Assembly (NCBI GenBank): GCA_031963225.1
Contig: JASSUD010000001.1
Location: forward strand, 23,942 to 87,941
DNA from: Mycoavidus cysteinexigens
Lineage (GTDB): Bacteria; Pseudomonadota; Gammaproteobacteria; Burkholderiales; Burkholderiaceae
Direction of reading: 5' to 3'
DNA: 64,000 nt
This document shows positions 16,393 through 25,070 of this stretch, one piece after another. Each line of letters begins with the position of its first letter. The first letter of the stretch is position 1. Position numbers and translations under genes: made by a program. The notes beneath the pieces were generated by a model. The model saw only the letters and a program-made list of their open reading frames with translations. It did no database searches and was not told the DNA's origin.

Positions 16393-16875
16393 TTATGTAG
16401 TGAGAAGCAAAAGCCGTCTCTGAATAGAAGTATGGGAATTTCTGTGAGCATCTATTTTATATTCCGCAGCGAGCCATTCCATTTGTCTGAGTCTATTTCT
16501 TGCTGCATCAATTAATTCTCGTGCTTGTAAAAGTATGATGAATACGGGGGCTGAAAATAAGATTGGCAGCCCAAGCAGTATAAATATAAATATAAGTCCT
16601 CCTATACTTGAGCTTGAAAATACTGTAGGAGGAATTATCAGAAAAGCCGTTGATACGGATATAAAAGAGGCTAATAATGACAAGGTTGATGCGGTATAAG
16701 CCCATGAATTTGTATAGTATTCATTGAGTTTTGCGATGCCATTTTTTAACGCGCTTTCCGTGAGCACTTCATCCTCAGGGATATAGGGGCTATGCGATAT
16801 AAATGAAGACGTTGTATTTCTCCATAGATATTCGCATACAGAAGGTGAATGCCAATGTGAAGTAAAAGTAAACAC
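16393..16875 (-). CDS. Family D: small two-TM protein (160 aa)
   Basis: GTG start 2 nt after the upstream gene's stop. MFTFTSHWHSPSVCEYLWRNTT, hydrophobic pair, ARNRLRQMEWLAAEYK, tail SIQRRLLLLTT. Confidence 0.75.
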   Translation of the reverse strand: MFTFTSHWHSPSVCEYLWRNTTSSFISHSPYIPEDEVLTESALKNGIAKLNEYYTNSWAYTASTLSLLASFISVSTAFLIIPPTVFSSSSIGGLIFIFILLGLPILFSAPVFIILLQARELIDAARNRLRQMEWLAAEYKIDAHRNSHTSIQRRLLLLTT

Positions 16876-16877
16876 GA

Positions 16878-17372
16878 TTATGCCATTAAATAAAAAGGAT
16901 TGTTTCTAACAGAAGTGTTTGGTGGGTTTTGAAAGTCCATTCTATGTTGTTTAGATAGAAGCTGTACTTGGTGGAGTCGATTATCTGCTTCATTAAGTAA
17001 TTCTGCTACATGTAAAAGTATAATAATTTGAGGTATCCAAAATAAAATTGGCAGCCCAATCAGCACAAATAGAAATAAAAGTATTCCAATATTTGAATGC
17101 ATAAATACTGCGGTAGGGATGGTTATAAAAGCAGTTGGCATAGCTATAAAAGAGGCCAAAGCTGAAAAGCAAGACGTTGTATGAATCCATGAATCTTTAA
17201 GATACTCATTTAGTTGTGTAATGCCATTTTCTAATACACTTTCTGTGAGCACTTCCTCCTCAGAGATATAGGGGGCATGTGATATAAACGAAGAAGTAGT
17301 CTTTCTCCATAGATATTCGCATATAGAAGGTGAAGACCAATGTGAAGTGGGAATAAACACTATTGCACCCAT
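16878..17372 (-). CDS. Family D: small two-TM protein (164 aa)
   Basis: IPTSHWSSPSICEYLWRKTT, hydrophobic pair, ADNRLHQVQLLSKQHR, tail SVRNNPFYLMA. Start at ATG 17372, or the homologous GTG at 17360. Confidence 0.75.
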   Translation of the reverse strand: MGAIVFIPTSHWSSPSICEYLWRKTTSSFISHAPYISEEEVLTESVLENGITQLNEYLKDSWIHTTSCFSALASFIAMPTAFITIPTAVFMHSNIGILLFLFVLIGLPILFWIPQIIILLHVAELLNEADNRLHQVQLLSKQHRMDFQNPPNTSVRNNPFYLMA

Positions 17373-17494
17373 TACATAGGAAAAGATATTTTATTATTTG
17401 CAGGAGCGCAGAATAGAGAGGGCTGGAACGAAAAAGCATGCATATATAAATGCATAACATTTATATATGCATTTTAGTCCTTTCTTAGCTTAAA

Positions 17495-18940
17495 TTATGA
17501 AAGCATGCTATATCTTAGGGTTCCGCGTGATAGGGGAGGTATGAGTTGTGCGTGCAGTGCATCCCCCACCGAAATAATTCTCCATACGCGATGGTTTGCG
17601 CCTACAACCTGCAGTTCATTATTTTCCCAGCGTATGTGTTGAATAGGCATTAATGCCGCATCTAAACGTGTGCTTTGAAATTCTCCGGATTCCGTGGTTA
17701 GGTGTAAGAGAGTGTTTCCTCCTTCAAGCACGGCAAGCCAGCGCTCACAGGGAGAGAATTCAAATTGAACGCCATTAGTGGTCGCCAATTCAAAATGGCT
17801 TTGCATTCTTGCGTGTTTACGGGAGTAGAGCCACATTTTGGCGCTGTGGTTGGTGCTTTGGGTATCTACCTCCACTAAGAGCAGCCATTTCCCTTTAGGC
17901 GAAACTTTGAGTTCAGTGATAGAGGTAGGCTTATTGGCTGTAGAAGATACGGCTGCATCAACAGGCTGGCAGGGTTCAATGCTCTTTTCAAGTTTGCCAG
18001 TTTTGGTAGACCATTGTTTAATGGTTTTTTCATCTATGACGGTAAAAAAATGTTTTTTGTCGGCTGAAAAGGCAGTGGAAGAGACATTGCCTTTAATATG
18101 TATGATTCTAGGTGCTTGAGGCTTTATTTCTGCGCGCGTGGGCTCAAAATGCAAGGTTATGCGCTGGTAGATTTCTTTATCTGTGGACGCTTGCGCTAGC
18201 ATTTCTAATTCCTCTTCTGCTTGCGGGCTCTTTTTTTGCTGGGGTTGCGTATTTACAAGAAGTTCTAGCTTTTCATTTTTTTGCTTTTTTAAAAGATTTC
18301 TACTGCTTATGGTTCCTACTACTGCTAGAGCGGTTGCTGGTGCACTTACCCATATCGGCGTTACCAACAGGGTACCTAGTTTGATTGCGAACCCTTTTAA
18401 TAATGCCCCTTGGATAATAGCAATGTCTGCCCCTGCAATTGCTACACTGAAGGAGCCGGATAAAAAAGTCGCTATATTTTTGAAAGTATCTATATCGTTC
18501 AATAACTCCCTTTGCTCCGCCTGCAATACGCTTACTTCTTCCTGCGAAAGGGTTTTTACCTCGGGTCGGATGAGATATTGGCTCTTTGCGCAGAAAGTAA
18601 ACTCTTTACATCCTTCCCCTGCAAACAGTTTCACCGGTCCTTTTGCATAAACCGGCTTGCATATAATGTCTCCTCCTTCATCGCGCCAGGCTAGCCATTT
18701 ACCATCTGGCGATATTTCTTGCTGTCTGAGGTCTGTTGGCTCAGACGGAGGAAATAGCCCTGCTATAAAGTCATCTGCCAGCTCAGTTAGGCTGTCATCA
18801 TTACCTGCGGGCTCTCTTGCTAGAATTCTTTCCCGTCCTAAATAGGTTTCGAAGAAGGTTCTCGCTTCCCGTCGACGCATATGCGCGTCAGTCTGGTGAG
18901 AGCTTGTGGCTTGTACGGAAGAAGAGTTTCCAATATTCAC
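17495..18940 (-). CDS. Family E: WD-like repeat protein with central bilobed hydrophobic segment (481 aa)
   Basis: GGAGAAATA-GTG start. ISPDGKWLAWRDEGG, TM pair SFSVAIAGADIAIIQG..LGTLLVTPIWVSAPATALAVVG, FSADKKHFFTVIDEKTIKQWS, VSPKGKWLLLVE..KMWLYS, FSPCERWLAVLEGG. Confidence 0.85.
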   Translation of the reverse strand: MNIGNSSSVQATSSHQTDAHMRRREARTFFETYLGRERILAREPAGNDDSLTELADDFIAGLFPPSEPTDLRQQEISPDGKWLAWRDEGGDIICKPVYAKGPVKLFAGEGCKEFTFCAKSQYLIRPEVKTLSQEEVSVLQAEQRELLNDIDTFKNIATFLSGSFSVAIAGADIAIIQGALLKGFAIKLGTLLVTPIWVSAPATALAVVGTISSRNLLKKQKNEKLELLVNTQPQQKKSPQAEEELEMLAQASTDKEIYQRITLHFEPTRAEIKPQAPRIIHIKGNVSSTAFSADKKHFFTVIDEKTIKQWSTKTGKLEKSIEPCQPVDAAVSSTANKPTSITELKVSPKGKWLLLVEVDTQSTNHSAKMWLYSRKHARMQSHFELATTNGVQFEFSPCERWLAVLEGGNTLLHLTTESGEFQSTRLDAALMPIQHIRWENNELQVVGANHRVWRIISVGDALHAQLIPPLSRGTLRYSMLS

Positions 18941-19219
18941 TATTTCTCCTGATTGAAGAAAGGGAGGGAAGACAGCGGTAGATGCAAAAACGCTGTCGGT
19001 TGTTGAACCCGGCTTTCTACCATTCAGAAGCAGATTTGCTACTACAGTTTATAACTGATAATTTTTCTTGCATGCGCTATTTTTTTAAAATGCTGGTTTA
19101 GGCTGCTTTTTTTATGACTACCCTTTTTACCTTATTTTTTGCTGCCTCATTTTGATATTTTTTTATAGGCTAAGGTGTGCCTACACAAAAAAATAAAAAT
19201 ATATTTTCTCTATATCCCG

Positions 19220-19274
19220 AAAAACTCAGGCTATAAATGGATAGGTGTGTAGAGGTAGTTCACGTTATATACGT
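19220..19274 (+). promoter_or_regulatory. Island promoter-like box, copy 3
   Basis: AAAAACTCAGGCTATAAATGGATAGGTGTGTAGAGGTAGTTCACGTTATATACGTG. Followed by the same ~180-nt leader as copy 2, ending in a family-B leader remnant (TTTTGCTGCTGCCTAGTAGCTAGG) with no ORF. The next gene starts at 19609. Confidence 0.45.
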
Positions 19275-19608
19275 GTTTTTGTAATTGTAAGATTGCGGTG
19301 ATGCCTAAAAGGAGAAGGTTAGATCAACTCCTTCAGTATTGAAATTCCACTCAATTCAGCGCCTCCTCGGGCTGCCAATTTTTAATACGATCCATCCCTA
19401 TTTATACAATTCATTGAATTTTGCTGCTGCCTAGTAGCTAGGCGGCGATAGCTAGACAAACTAGCCATTTTTCTAAGCTAGGGCACTTACTCTAAATCAG
19501 GGATGAGTTTGCGTTAGAGCACTCGAATCAAAGACCGATAGCCAGGTTAGTTAGGAGCAGCCGTCTGTCTTAAATTAGAGGGCAATTTACCCAAAGCTCA
19601 TCAATCCA

Positions 19609-20661
19609 ATGATAAATAAAATAATTGGTGTTCCCGTTTTTAATCGATCCGTCTTGGGCAATGATCCAATGTATTACGTCAAAAAGGGCAAAGAATGCTT
19701 CGACTGGGCCCATCATCAGCACCACAACATGATTGTTGAGACCCAACGTCTGTGCGCTAAAGTGCAAGATACGCTGAAAAGAGTTATACAGCTTGGAAAG
19801 GTTGAGGAAGAGGCGGAGCAGGACGCGTTACGTTATCCGCAATCTTTTTTAGATATATATCGAAAAGCGTATCACGCAAAACAAGAAATTGATGCTTTAG
19901 CAAAAGAAATTGCGCAATCTATACGTCCTCCTGGAAGAGTTCTTGAAGCGCCGATCAAATCAAAGCAAAGAGCAATGGAAAAGATCCATCGCGATTACGG
20001 TGGAAATGTAAATAAAATAACGGATCTGGCCAGAAATACTCTTATTGTTGACCCTAGAAATTTTAGGAAAGTATGCGAAAAACTGAAAGCACGGGGGGCC
20101 CGGCTCAAGGTATTGTTAGAAGAGAACGTACCGTCTGGCTATAGCGGGATTAATGCAACGCTGACCACCCAAACAGGGCTCATTGCGGAGGTCAAGATTA
20201 ATTCCCCTCAGATGATTTATACGGAAGTTCCAAAAAATAAAGCGAAAGAAGTTTTGGGTGAGAAGCTTTTTTGCAAAATCGATCAATGGGCGAGAGTGCA
20301 CGGGTTCCGTGCTGGAGAAGGTCATAAACTATACGAAAAACTACGGGCGCTAGGATCGCAAGACACAGATAAAAAATCTAAAATTGAGAAAAAGAGTCAG
20401 CGTTACTATTTCCAGATAAGAAATATGCCCTTGCGTTTTCAAGACGGAACAAGAATTTACAGAAATGAGCATGAGCAGGCAATGAAAAAGATCATAGAGG
20501 GCTCAGCGCAACTACAAGAAGGCCGATCTTCTCCTCGGCCGGCAGGCTCCTTCATGCTGCGGAAATCACGTAGCAATGGACATACTCCACTAATAACCAA
20601 ACAAAATTTGCGCGCAAGCTTGGATTGGTCCCTTACATTACCAGACACAGCCATCACTTAA
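19609..20661 (+). CDS. Divergent RelA/SpoT-domain (small alarmone synthetase / toxSAS-like) nucleotidyltransferase (350 aa)
   Basis: Ordered motifs PIKSKQRAMEKI, ITDLARNTLIV, PSGYSGINATL, AEVKINSPQM and GHKLYEKLR match the order of RSH synthetase-fold motifs as recalled. No clear RBS, so the start is uncertain. Confidence 0.5.
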   Translation: MINKIIGVPVFNRSVLGNDPMYYVKKGKECFDWAHHQHHNMIVETQRLCAKVQDTLKRVIQLGKVEEEAEQDALRYPQSFLDIYRKAYHAKQEIDALAKEIAQSIRPPGRVLEAPIKSKQRAMEKIHRDYGGNVNKITDLARNTLIVDPRNFRKVCEKLKARGARLKVLLEENVPSGYSGINATLTTQTGLIAEVKINSPQMIYTEVPKNKAKEVLGEKLFCKIDQWARVHGFRAGEGHKLYEKLRALGSQDTDKKSKIEKKSQRYYFQIRNMPLRFQDGTRIYRNEHEQAMKKIIEGSAQLQEGRSSPRPAGSFMLRKSRSNGHTPLITKQNLRASLDWSLTLPDTAIT

Positions 20662-20718
20662 AATAGAGCTAAATATATAGCTGTGTTTATGACGGATATG
20701 AAATAAGAACAGATAGAA

Positions 20719-20918
20719 ATGCACAAAGAATCCAGCGTTGACACTGACTGCCCCTTGAGCGGAAAATTAACAATGGTGCGGGAGAGGAGGCGGTTGCGGC
20801 TTCAGAATTAAAAGTCGCCCTTAAGCAGATCAAAGCATTGCAAAGAATGCTAGTCAAAAAGACTTTGGAAGCAGGAATTTTGCTCGAAGCGGTGGAATAT
20901 GGCTGGGTAAAAAACTAA
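20719..20918 (+). mobile_element. IS3-family transposase orfA remnant
   Basis: 20790-20918 reads [42 protein letters not shown]-stop, typical of the leucine-zipper end of IS3-type OrfA. It ends in AAAAAAC, like an IS3 slippery site. The upstream part is out of frame, and no orfB or inverted repeats were seen. Confidence 0.5.
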
Positions 20919-20964
20919 GGCTACAAATGGATATACGTATAGAGACGGCTCACGTTATATACGC
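20909..20964 (+). promoter_or_regulatory. Island promoter-like box, copy 4
   Basis: AAAAAACTAAGGCTACAAATGGATATACGTATAGAGACGGCTCACGTTATATACGC. Overlaps the end of the IS3 orfA remnant. About 55 nt upstream of the 21022 start (short leader variant). Confidence 0.5.
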
Positions 20965-21021
20965 AGTTCAGTAATTTTTGCTGCTGCCTATGCTGCTGCC
21001 TAGTAACTACGCGGAGATAGT

Positions 21022-21330
21022 ATGTATTTTGCTACACCTTTTATATCAGCACACTATGCCGTTATTAATGATCAATTCCATACTGCCAAAATTGACTCAA
21101 CAATTGAACAAAGAGATGGCAGCAGAGTAAAGAGTAATTCTCCCTATCAAAGAGAGAGAATTGCGCAGGAAGAGCCATATTTGCAGAGGGGCATGGCTAC
21201 GGCACTTACTGATCAGGCCCTTCTACTGATCGCATTGATCTGCCTTGCGCCTGTTGCTTTTGTAGCTCCACTTTCCTCCTTATTTTGTATACCGATTCTT
21301 ATTACACTGCTTTTGCTTGCAGAAGTATGA
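21022..21330 (+). CDS. Family B: small protein with bilobed hydrophobic segment (102 aa)
   Basis: GGAGATAGT-ATG. IAQEEPYLQRG, then ALLLIALICLAPVAFVAPLSSLFCIPILITLLLLA. Confidence 0.7.
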   Translation: MYFATPFISAHYAVINDQFHTAKIDSTIEQRDGSRVKSNSPYQRERIAQEEPYLQRGMATALTDQALLLIALICLAPVAFVAPLSSLFCIPILITLLLLAEV

Positions 21331-21389
21331 TATCAGTCGATTGAATTTAATAATAATTAAAAATAATTTATTACAAATAAATAGAAAAA

Positions 21390-21426
21390 TGCCCCGCTCA
21401 CTCAGCGTGTTTGGGGTATTTTTTTT
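21390..21426 (+). terminator. Intrinsic terminator (repeated spacer module, copy 2)
   Basis: GCCCCGCTCACTCAGCGTGTTTGGGG followed by TATTTTTTTT. 21380-21490 is collinear with 14590-14700. Confidence 0.5.
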
Positions 21427-21483
21427 GATGTTTTCGCTTGGTGTGTGATAGTGAGGTAATTATGCATAGATACTCCATAAACT

Positions 21484-21540
21484 AAAAAACTACGGGTATG
21501 AATTGATTGGTCTGTAAGACCTATTCGCGTTATATATGCC
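21484..21540 (+). promoter_or_regulatory. Island promoter-like box, copy 5
   Basis: AAAAAACTACGGGTATGAATTGATTGGTCTGTAAGACCTATTCGCGTTATATATGCC. The closest match to copy 1, and the similarity continues through the leader to the ATG at 21591. Confidence 0.55.
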
Positions 21541-21590
21541 TGCTATTACTCGTAAAATGCTTATAAGAAGTGTATAAATAGAGAGGCGCT

Positions 21591-21695
21591 ATGCTAAAAC
21601 CATTAGGCATGGAAGCTACATATAGTAAATACTTCAAAATGCAAAGTGGGTTCCTTATGGTTGCAGCGTTTTATGATGGTATGCCCTGTATTTAG
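21591..21695 (+). pseudogene. Family A 5' remnant (34 codons)
   Basis: AGAGAGGCGCTATGCTAAAACCATTAGGCATGGAAGCTACATATAGT parallels AGAGAGGCGCTATGGTCAACCCCTTAGCCACTGAAACGTCATACAGT at 7400-7446. Stop at 21693-21695. Confidence 0.65.
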
Positions 21696-21723
21696 AAGAG
21701 AAAAATTACTTGTATAAGGAAAT

Positions 21724-22476
21724 ATGCAGATGAGCCTTATTCCGCTATCTTCAATTTGCCCTCCATATCGTAATCAATCCAATCCTACTATAAATGAAGA
21801 AATAGAAGTCAGACAACCTCTAGTAGATACAGAGCAGGTTGACGAACTACCTACAACGACAGATCAGCTGCTATCTTATATCGAAGAGCGGGTGGATCCA
21901 AAAGGTAATTGGGAGTGTATATTATCAGTGAGCTCTACTGTAATGACTGCGGCTATTCTACTTTTCCATGGTCTTGAAAAATACAATGAAAATCATAAAG
22001 AGATACTGGGCACTCAGATTATTAATATTGTCATTATCACATTTGTTTATGCTAGGAGAGCTTTATACTGCACGGCTTCTTCTGTTAGTTGGTCTAAAAA
22101 AGTGGCTAAATGGTGGCAATCTAGGCGCTCGCCTGAACAAGTCGTAGCAACAGAAAATTTAAATATTACTCCGCGGCCAATTAGTTGTTTTTCATCTGCT
22201 TTTCAATATTTAAAAAATATAGAAAAAATGGATGATTATTTTTATTATGCCCTACAGGCTGGATGTTTTATCATTTTTTTAGAAACTTTCTATTTGCATA
22301 GGATTGAAAAAGATAATGAAAATCATGCATTTATATTGGGGCTTGATATACTCAATGTAGTGTATAGCGGTTTCCTGAGTTGGATTCAAATAAAAAAAAC
22401 TATAGCCGAAAACCGCATACAGCCGAATGTATTGCCGGTGAATAATATACGAATGGCAAACTATCAAACTGTTTAG
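21724..22476 (+). CDS. Family C: multi-pass membrane protein with duplicated H-x2-EK-x2-ENH motif (250 aa)
   Basis: FHGLEKYNENHKEILGTQIINIVI and LHRIEKDNENHAFILGLDILNVVY. Ends IRMANYQTV. The leader (AGAAGAGAAAAATTACTTGTATAAGGAAATATG) resembles that of 9937. Confidence 0.75.
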   Translation: MQMSLIPLSSICPPYRNQSNPTINEEIEVRQPLVDTEQVDELPTTTDQLLSYIEERVDPKGNWECILSVSSTVMTAAILLFHGLEKYNENHKEILGTQIINIVIITFVYARRALYCTASSVSWSKKVAKWWQSRRSPEQVVATENLNITPRPISCFSSAFQYLKNIEKMDDYFYYALQAGCFIIFLETFYLHRIEKDNENHAFILGLDILNVVYSGFLSWIQIKKTIAENRIQPNVLPVNNIRMANYQTV

Positions 22477-22528
22477 TTTAGTAATAAAACATAATTTTTT
22501 GCGTATTATTTTATATATTTCGAGGATT

Positions 22529-22705
22529 GTGGTTTGCATGTTGGGGTTCGTGCCTCACCCCAACCTACCGAGATGCATATGTAAAATGGCTTTACAAACC
22601 TCCACCAACCCAAGAACAAGCAAAGGACGATAGGTTGGGGTGAGGCACGAACCCCAACATGCACACCACAGTCTTTTTGAATACCTGCATAACATCAGTG
22701 AAATA
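22529..22705. repeat. REP pair (forward + reverse units) with tail
   Basis: GTGGTTTGCATGTTGGGGTTCGTGCCTCACCCCAACCTAC .. ATAGGTTGGGGTGAGGCACGAACCCCAACATGCACACCAC, then ..CTGCATAACATCAGTGAAATAA. Lies between convergent genes. Confidence 0.85.
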
Positions 22706-22954
22706 ATAAAAGAAATAGAAAGTAATGGCAGAAATATTGCAATCCATTTTAATAGGATATGTTTATGATTAACCCAATTTTATCATCCAAACCAAATAGC
22801 ATTATAAAATCACGATAACCGTAAAACAGAAAACAGATATAGAGTTTTGTACCGAAGAGCAAGATGATCAGGATTTTGCAGAGTATAAAAGCAGCGTATT
22901 AGCTACACTGGAAGAATGCTTTAGAAGTATACAAAACCAACACTCTTATTTAAA

Positions 22955-22994
22955 ATGGCTGGATTCTGTGTGATACAGAATCCAGCCATTTTTG
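22955..22994 (+). terminator. Strong orphan intrinsic terminator
   Basis: ATGGCTGGATTCTGT / ACAGAATCCAGCCAT 15-bp stem followed by TTTTTG. It follows a startless reading frame ending ..EECFRSIQNQHSYLKWLDSV-stop. Confidence 0.6.
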
Positions 22995-23078
22995 TGTTTG
23001 TAATATGCTTGCCTTGTGTAGATTGGTTATTGCCTTATAATTATTTATAAAATCTTTTAAAAGCATACCATTTCATCT

Positions 23079-23546
23079 TTATGCCATGAGTAACATAGGT
23101 CTTTTTCTAATAGAAGCGGTGGTTTCTTTTGCAGAATCAATTTTGCATTTCGCATTGAGTAATCGCATATGGTGAAATCTATTTTCTGCTTCTTCGCGTG
23201 CTTTATCTATATTCGTAAGTATAACTATGAGAGGAGACATAAAAGAAAATGGTATCATAGGCCATAGCAGAAGCAATGAAGAGGTGATTGGAGTTAAAGA
23301 TGAAAATAATATTGCTGTAATGATCCCAGATATGATAAATGCAGTTACAGAGAATATTAAAATATTTTTTAAAAAATGAATAAATGTATAATCGTATTCC
23401 TTTAATTTCTCAATTTTGCTTCGTAATATGTCTTCGGTGATTATTTCATTTTCAGGAAAGTAGGGTCTGGATGCTAAAAGTGGAATCGTAGCCTGTCTCC
23501 ATAGATAATTATGTGGAGAAGACCAATCTGAGGTAAAGGTAAACAT
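23079..23546 (-). CDS. Family D: small two-TM protein (155 aa)
   Basis: ATG start, MFTFTSDWSSPHNYLWRQAT, hydrophobic pair, AENRFHHMRLLNAKCK, tail ASIRKRPMLLMA. Confidence 0.75.
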   Translation of the reverse strand: MFTFTSDWSSPHNYLWRQATIPLLASRPYFPENEIITEDILRSKIEKLKEYDYTFIHFLKNILIFSVTAFIISGIITAILFSSLTPITSSLLLLWPMIPFSFMSPLIVILTNIDKAREEAENRFHHMRLLNAKCKIDSAKETTASIRKRPMLLMA

Positions 23547-23573
23547 ATAGCTCGCCTTATGGTCAAAAATATA

Positions 23574-25070
23574 TTATGAAAGCATGCTAAATCGCACGGA
23601 TCTTTGTGGAAGAGGCGGGATGAGCTGTGGATATAGACTGTTTTCAACAGGAATAATTTTCCATATGCGGTTATCTGCTCCTACAACTTGCAGTTCATTT
23701 TGAACCCAGTGTATGCGCTGAATAGGGGTTAATGGCGGGTCTAGCCGTTTTCTTTGGAATTCTCCAGATTCTGTGGTGAGGCGTAAGAGGGTGTGCCCTC
23801 CTTCAAGTACTGCTAGCGAGCGCTCGCAGGGGGAAAATTCAAATTGAACGGTATTCGTTGTTGTTAATGAAAAATGGCTTTGTATTCTTCCATGCTGACG
23901 GGAGTAGAGCCACATGCTGGCTTTTTTAACAGAATCTTGTGGATGTACTTCTGCTAAGAGTAGCCATTTTCCTCGCGGGGATATTTTAAGTTCGGTTATA
24001 GAGGCGGGTTTATTCGCGACAGAGGGCGTGGCTGTGCTAGTAGGTGGTGCGCAAGGCTCTATGTTTTTTTCAATTTTGCCTGTTTTAGTAGACCATTGTT
24101 TAATGGTTTTTCCGTCTACTACGGTAAAAAAATGTTTTTTATCCGCTGAAAAGACACTGGAAGAAATGGTGCCTTTAATATACATAATTTTAGATGCTTT
24201 CGGCTTTATCGCTTCTCGCGTAGGTTCAAAGTGGAGGGTTATGCGCTGATAGGTGGCCTCTTCTGCAGGCTCTTGCATTTCTATGGTTTCTTCTTGTGCT
24301 TGTTCTTCCTGTTTAGGCGCTTGTGCCGGTTCTGTGGATGGGAGCGGGATGTTTTTAATAAGGTCAGATTTTTCAATTTTATTTTTTATAAAGACCCCTC
24401 CTGTACCAGCTGCTCCTAGCGTTAATAAAACGGTTGCAGAGCTCGTTAGCCATATTGGGGCGATTAAAAGTGTGCCTACTTTTAATAGTGCGCCTTTCCA
24501 TAATATGCCGCTCACTATTGCAAAATCTCCTCCCATTAGTAAGAAACTCGTAATAGTGGATGCCAGAGCTGCCGGGCGTGTAAAGTCAAGGTTTGCATTT
24601 TTTTTCCTCAACAACTCCATTTGCTCTGCAAAAAATGCTTTCATTTCTTGTGAGGACAGCATTTCTACCTGGGGGATCATGAGATATTGACTCTGTGGAC
24701 AAAAGCTAAACTCTTCGCATTGCTCTCCTAGAAAGCGTTTTACAGGCCCTTCTGTGTTAGCTGGTTTCCATAAAATTTCTTGTTCTGCATTACGCCAGGC
24801 GTGCCATTTGCCATCTAGTGAAGTTTCCTGGGGCTCTATCTCGGGCTCTGTAGGTGGTATGACTTCTGCAGTATTCACAAACGGTAGGATGTTTTCTACC
24901 AGATTCGTTTGCAATTCAACGAAATTTTGCTTACCTGGTGCTTCTCTTTGTTGAATTTCAGTACGTCCCACACACGTATGGATGCGGTTTGTGATTTCCC
25001 TCTGCGTTATATTGAGTAGAGGTTGTTGAGAACTGCTGGCTTGCACGGAAGAAGAGTTTCCAATATTCAC
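23574..25070 (-). CDS. Family E: WD-like repeat protein with central bilobed hydrophobic segment (498 aa)
   Basis: GGAGAAATA-GTG start. TSLDGKWHAWRN, TM pair ALASTITSFLLMGGDFAIVSG..VGTLLIAPIWLTSSATVLLTLGAAG, FSADKKHFFTVVDGKTIKQWS, ISPRGKWLLLAE..SMWLYS, FSPCERSLAVLEGG. Confidence 0.85.
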   Translation of the reverse strand: MNIGNSSSVQASSSQQPLLNITQREITNRIHTCVGRTEIQQREAPGKQNFVELQTNLVENILPFVNTAEVIPPTEPEIEPQETSLDGKWHAWRNAEQEILWKPANTEGPVKRFLGEQCEEFSFCPQSQYLMIPQVEMLSSQEMKAFFAEQMELLRKKNANLDFTRPAALASTITSFLLMGGDFAIVSGILWKGALLKVGTLLIAPIWLTSSATVLLTLGAAGTGGVFIKNKIEKSDLIKNIPLPSTEPAQAPKQEEQAQEETIEMQEPAEEATYQRITLHFEPTREAIKPKASKIMYIKGTISSSVFSADKKHFFTVVDGKTIKQWSTKTGKIEKNIEPCAPPTSTATPSVANKPASITELKISPRGKWLLLAEVHPQDSVKKASMWLYSRQHGRIQSHFSLTTTNTVQFEFSPCERSLAVLEGGHTLLRLTTESGEFQRKRLDPPLTPIQRIHWVQNELQVVGADNRIWKIIPVENSLYPQLIPPLPQRSVRFSMLS

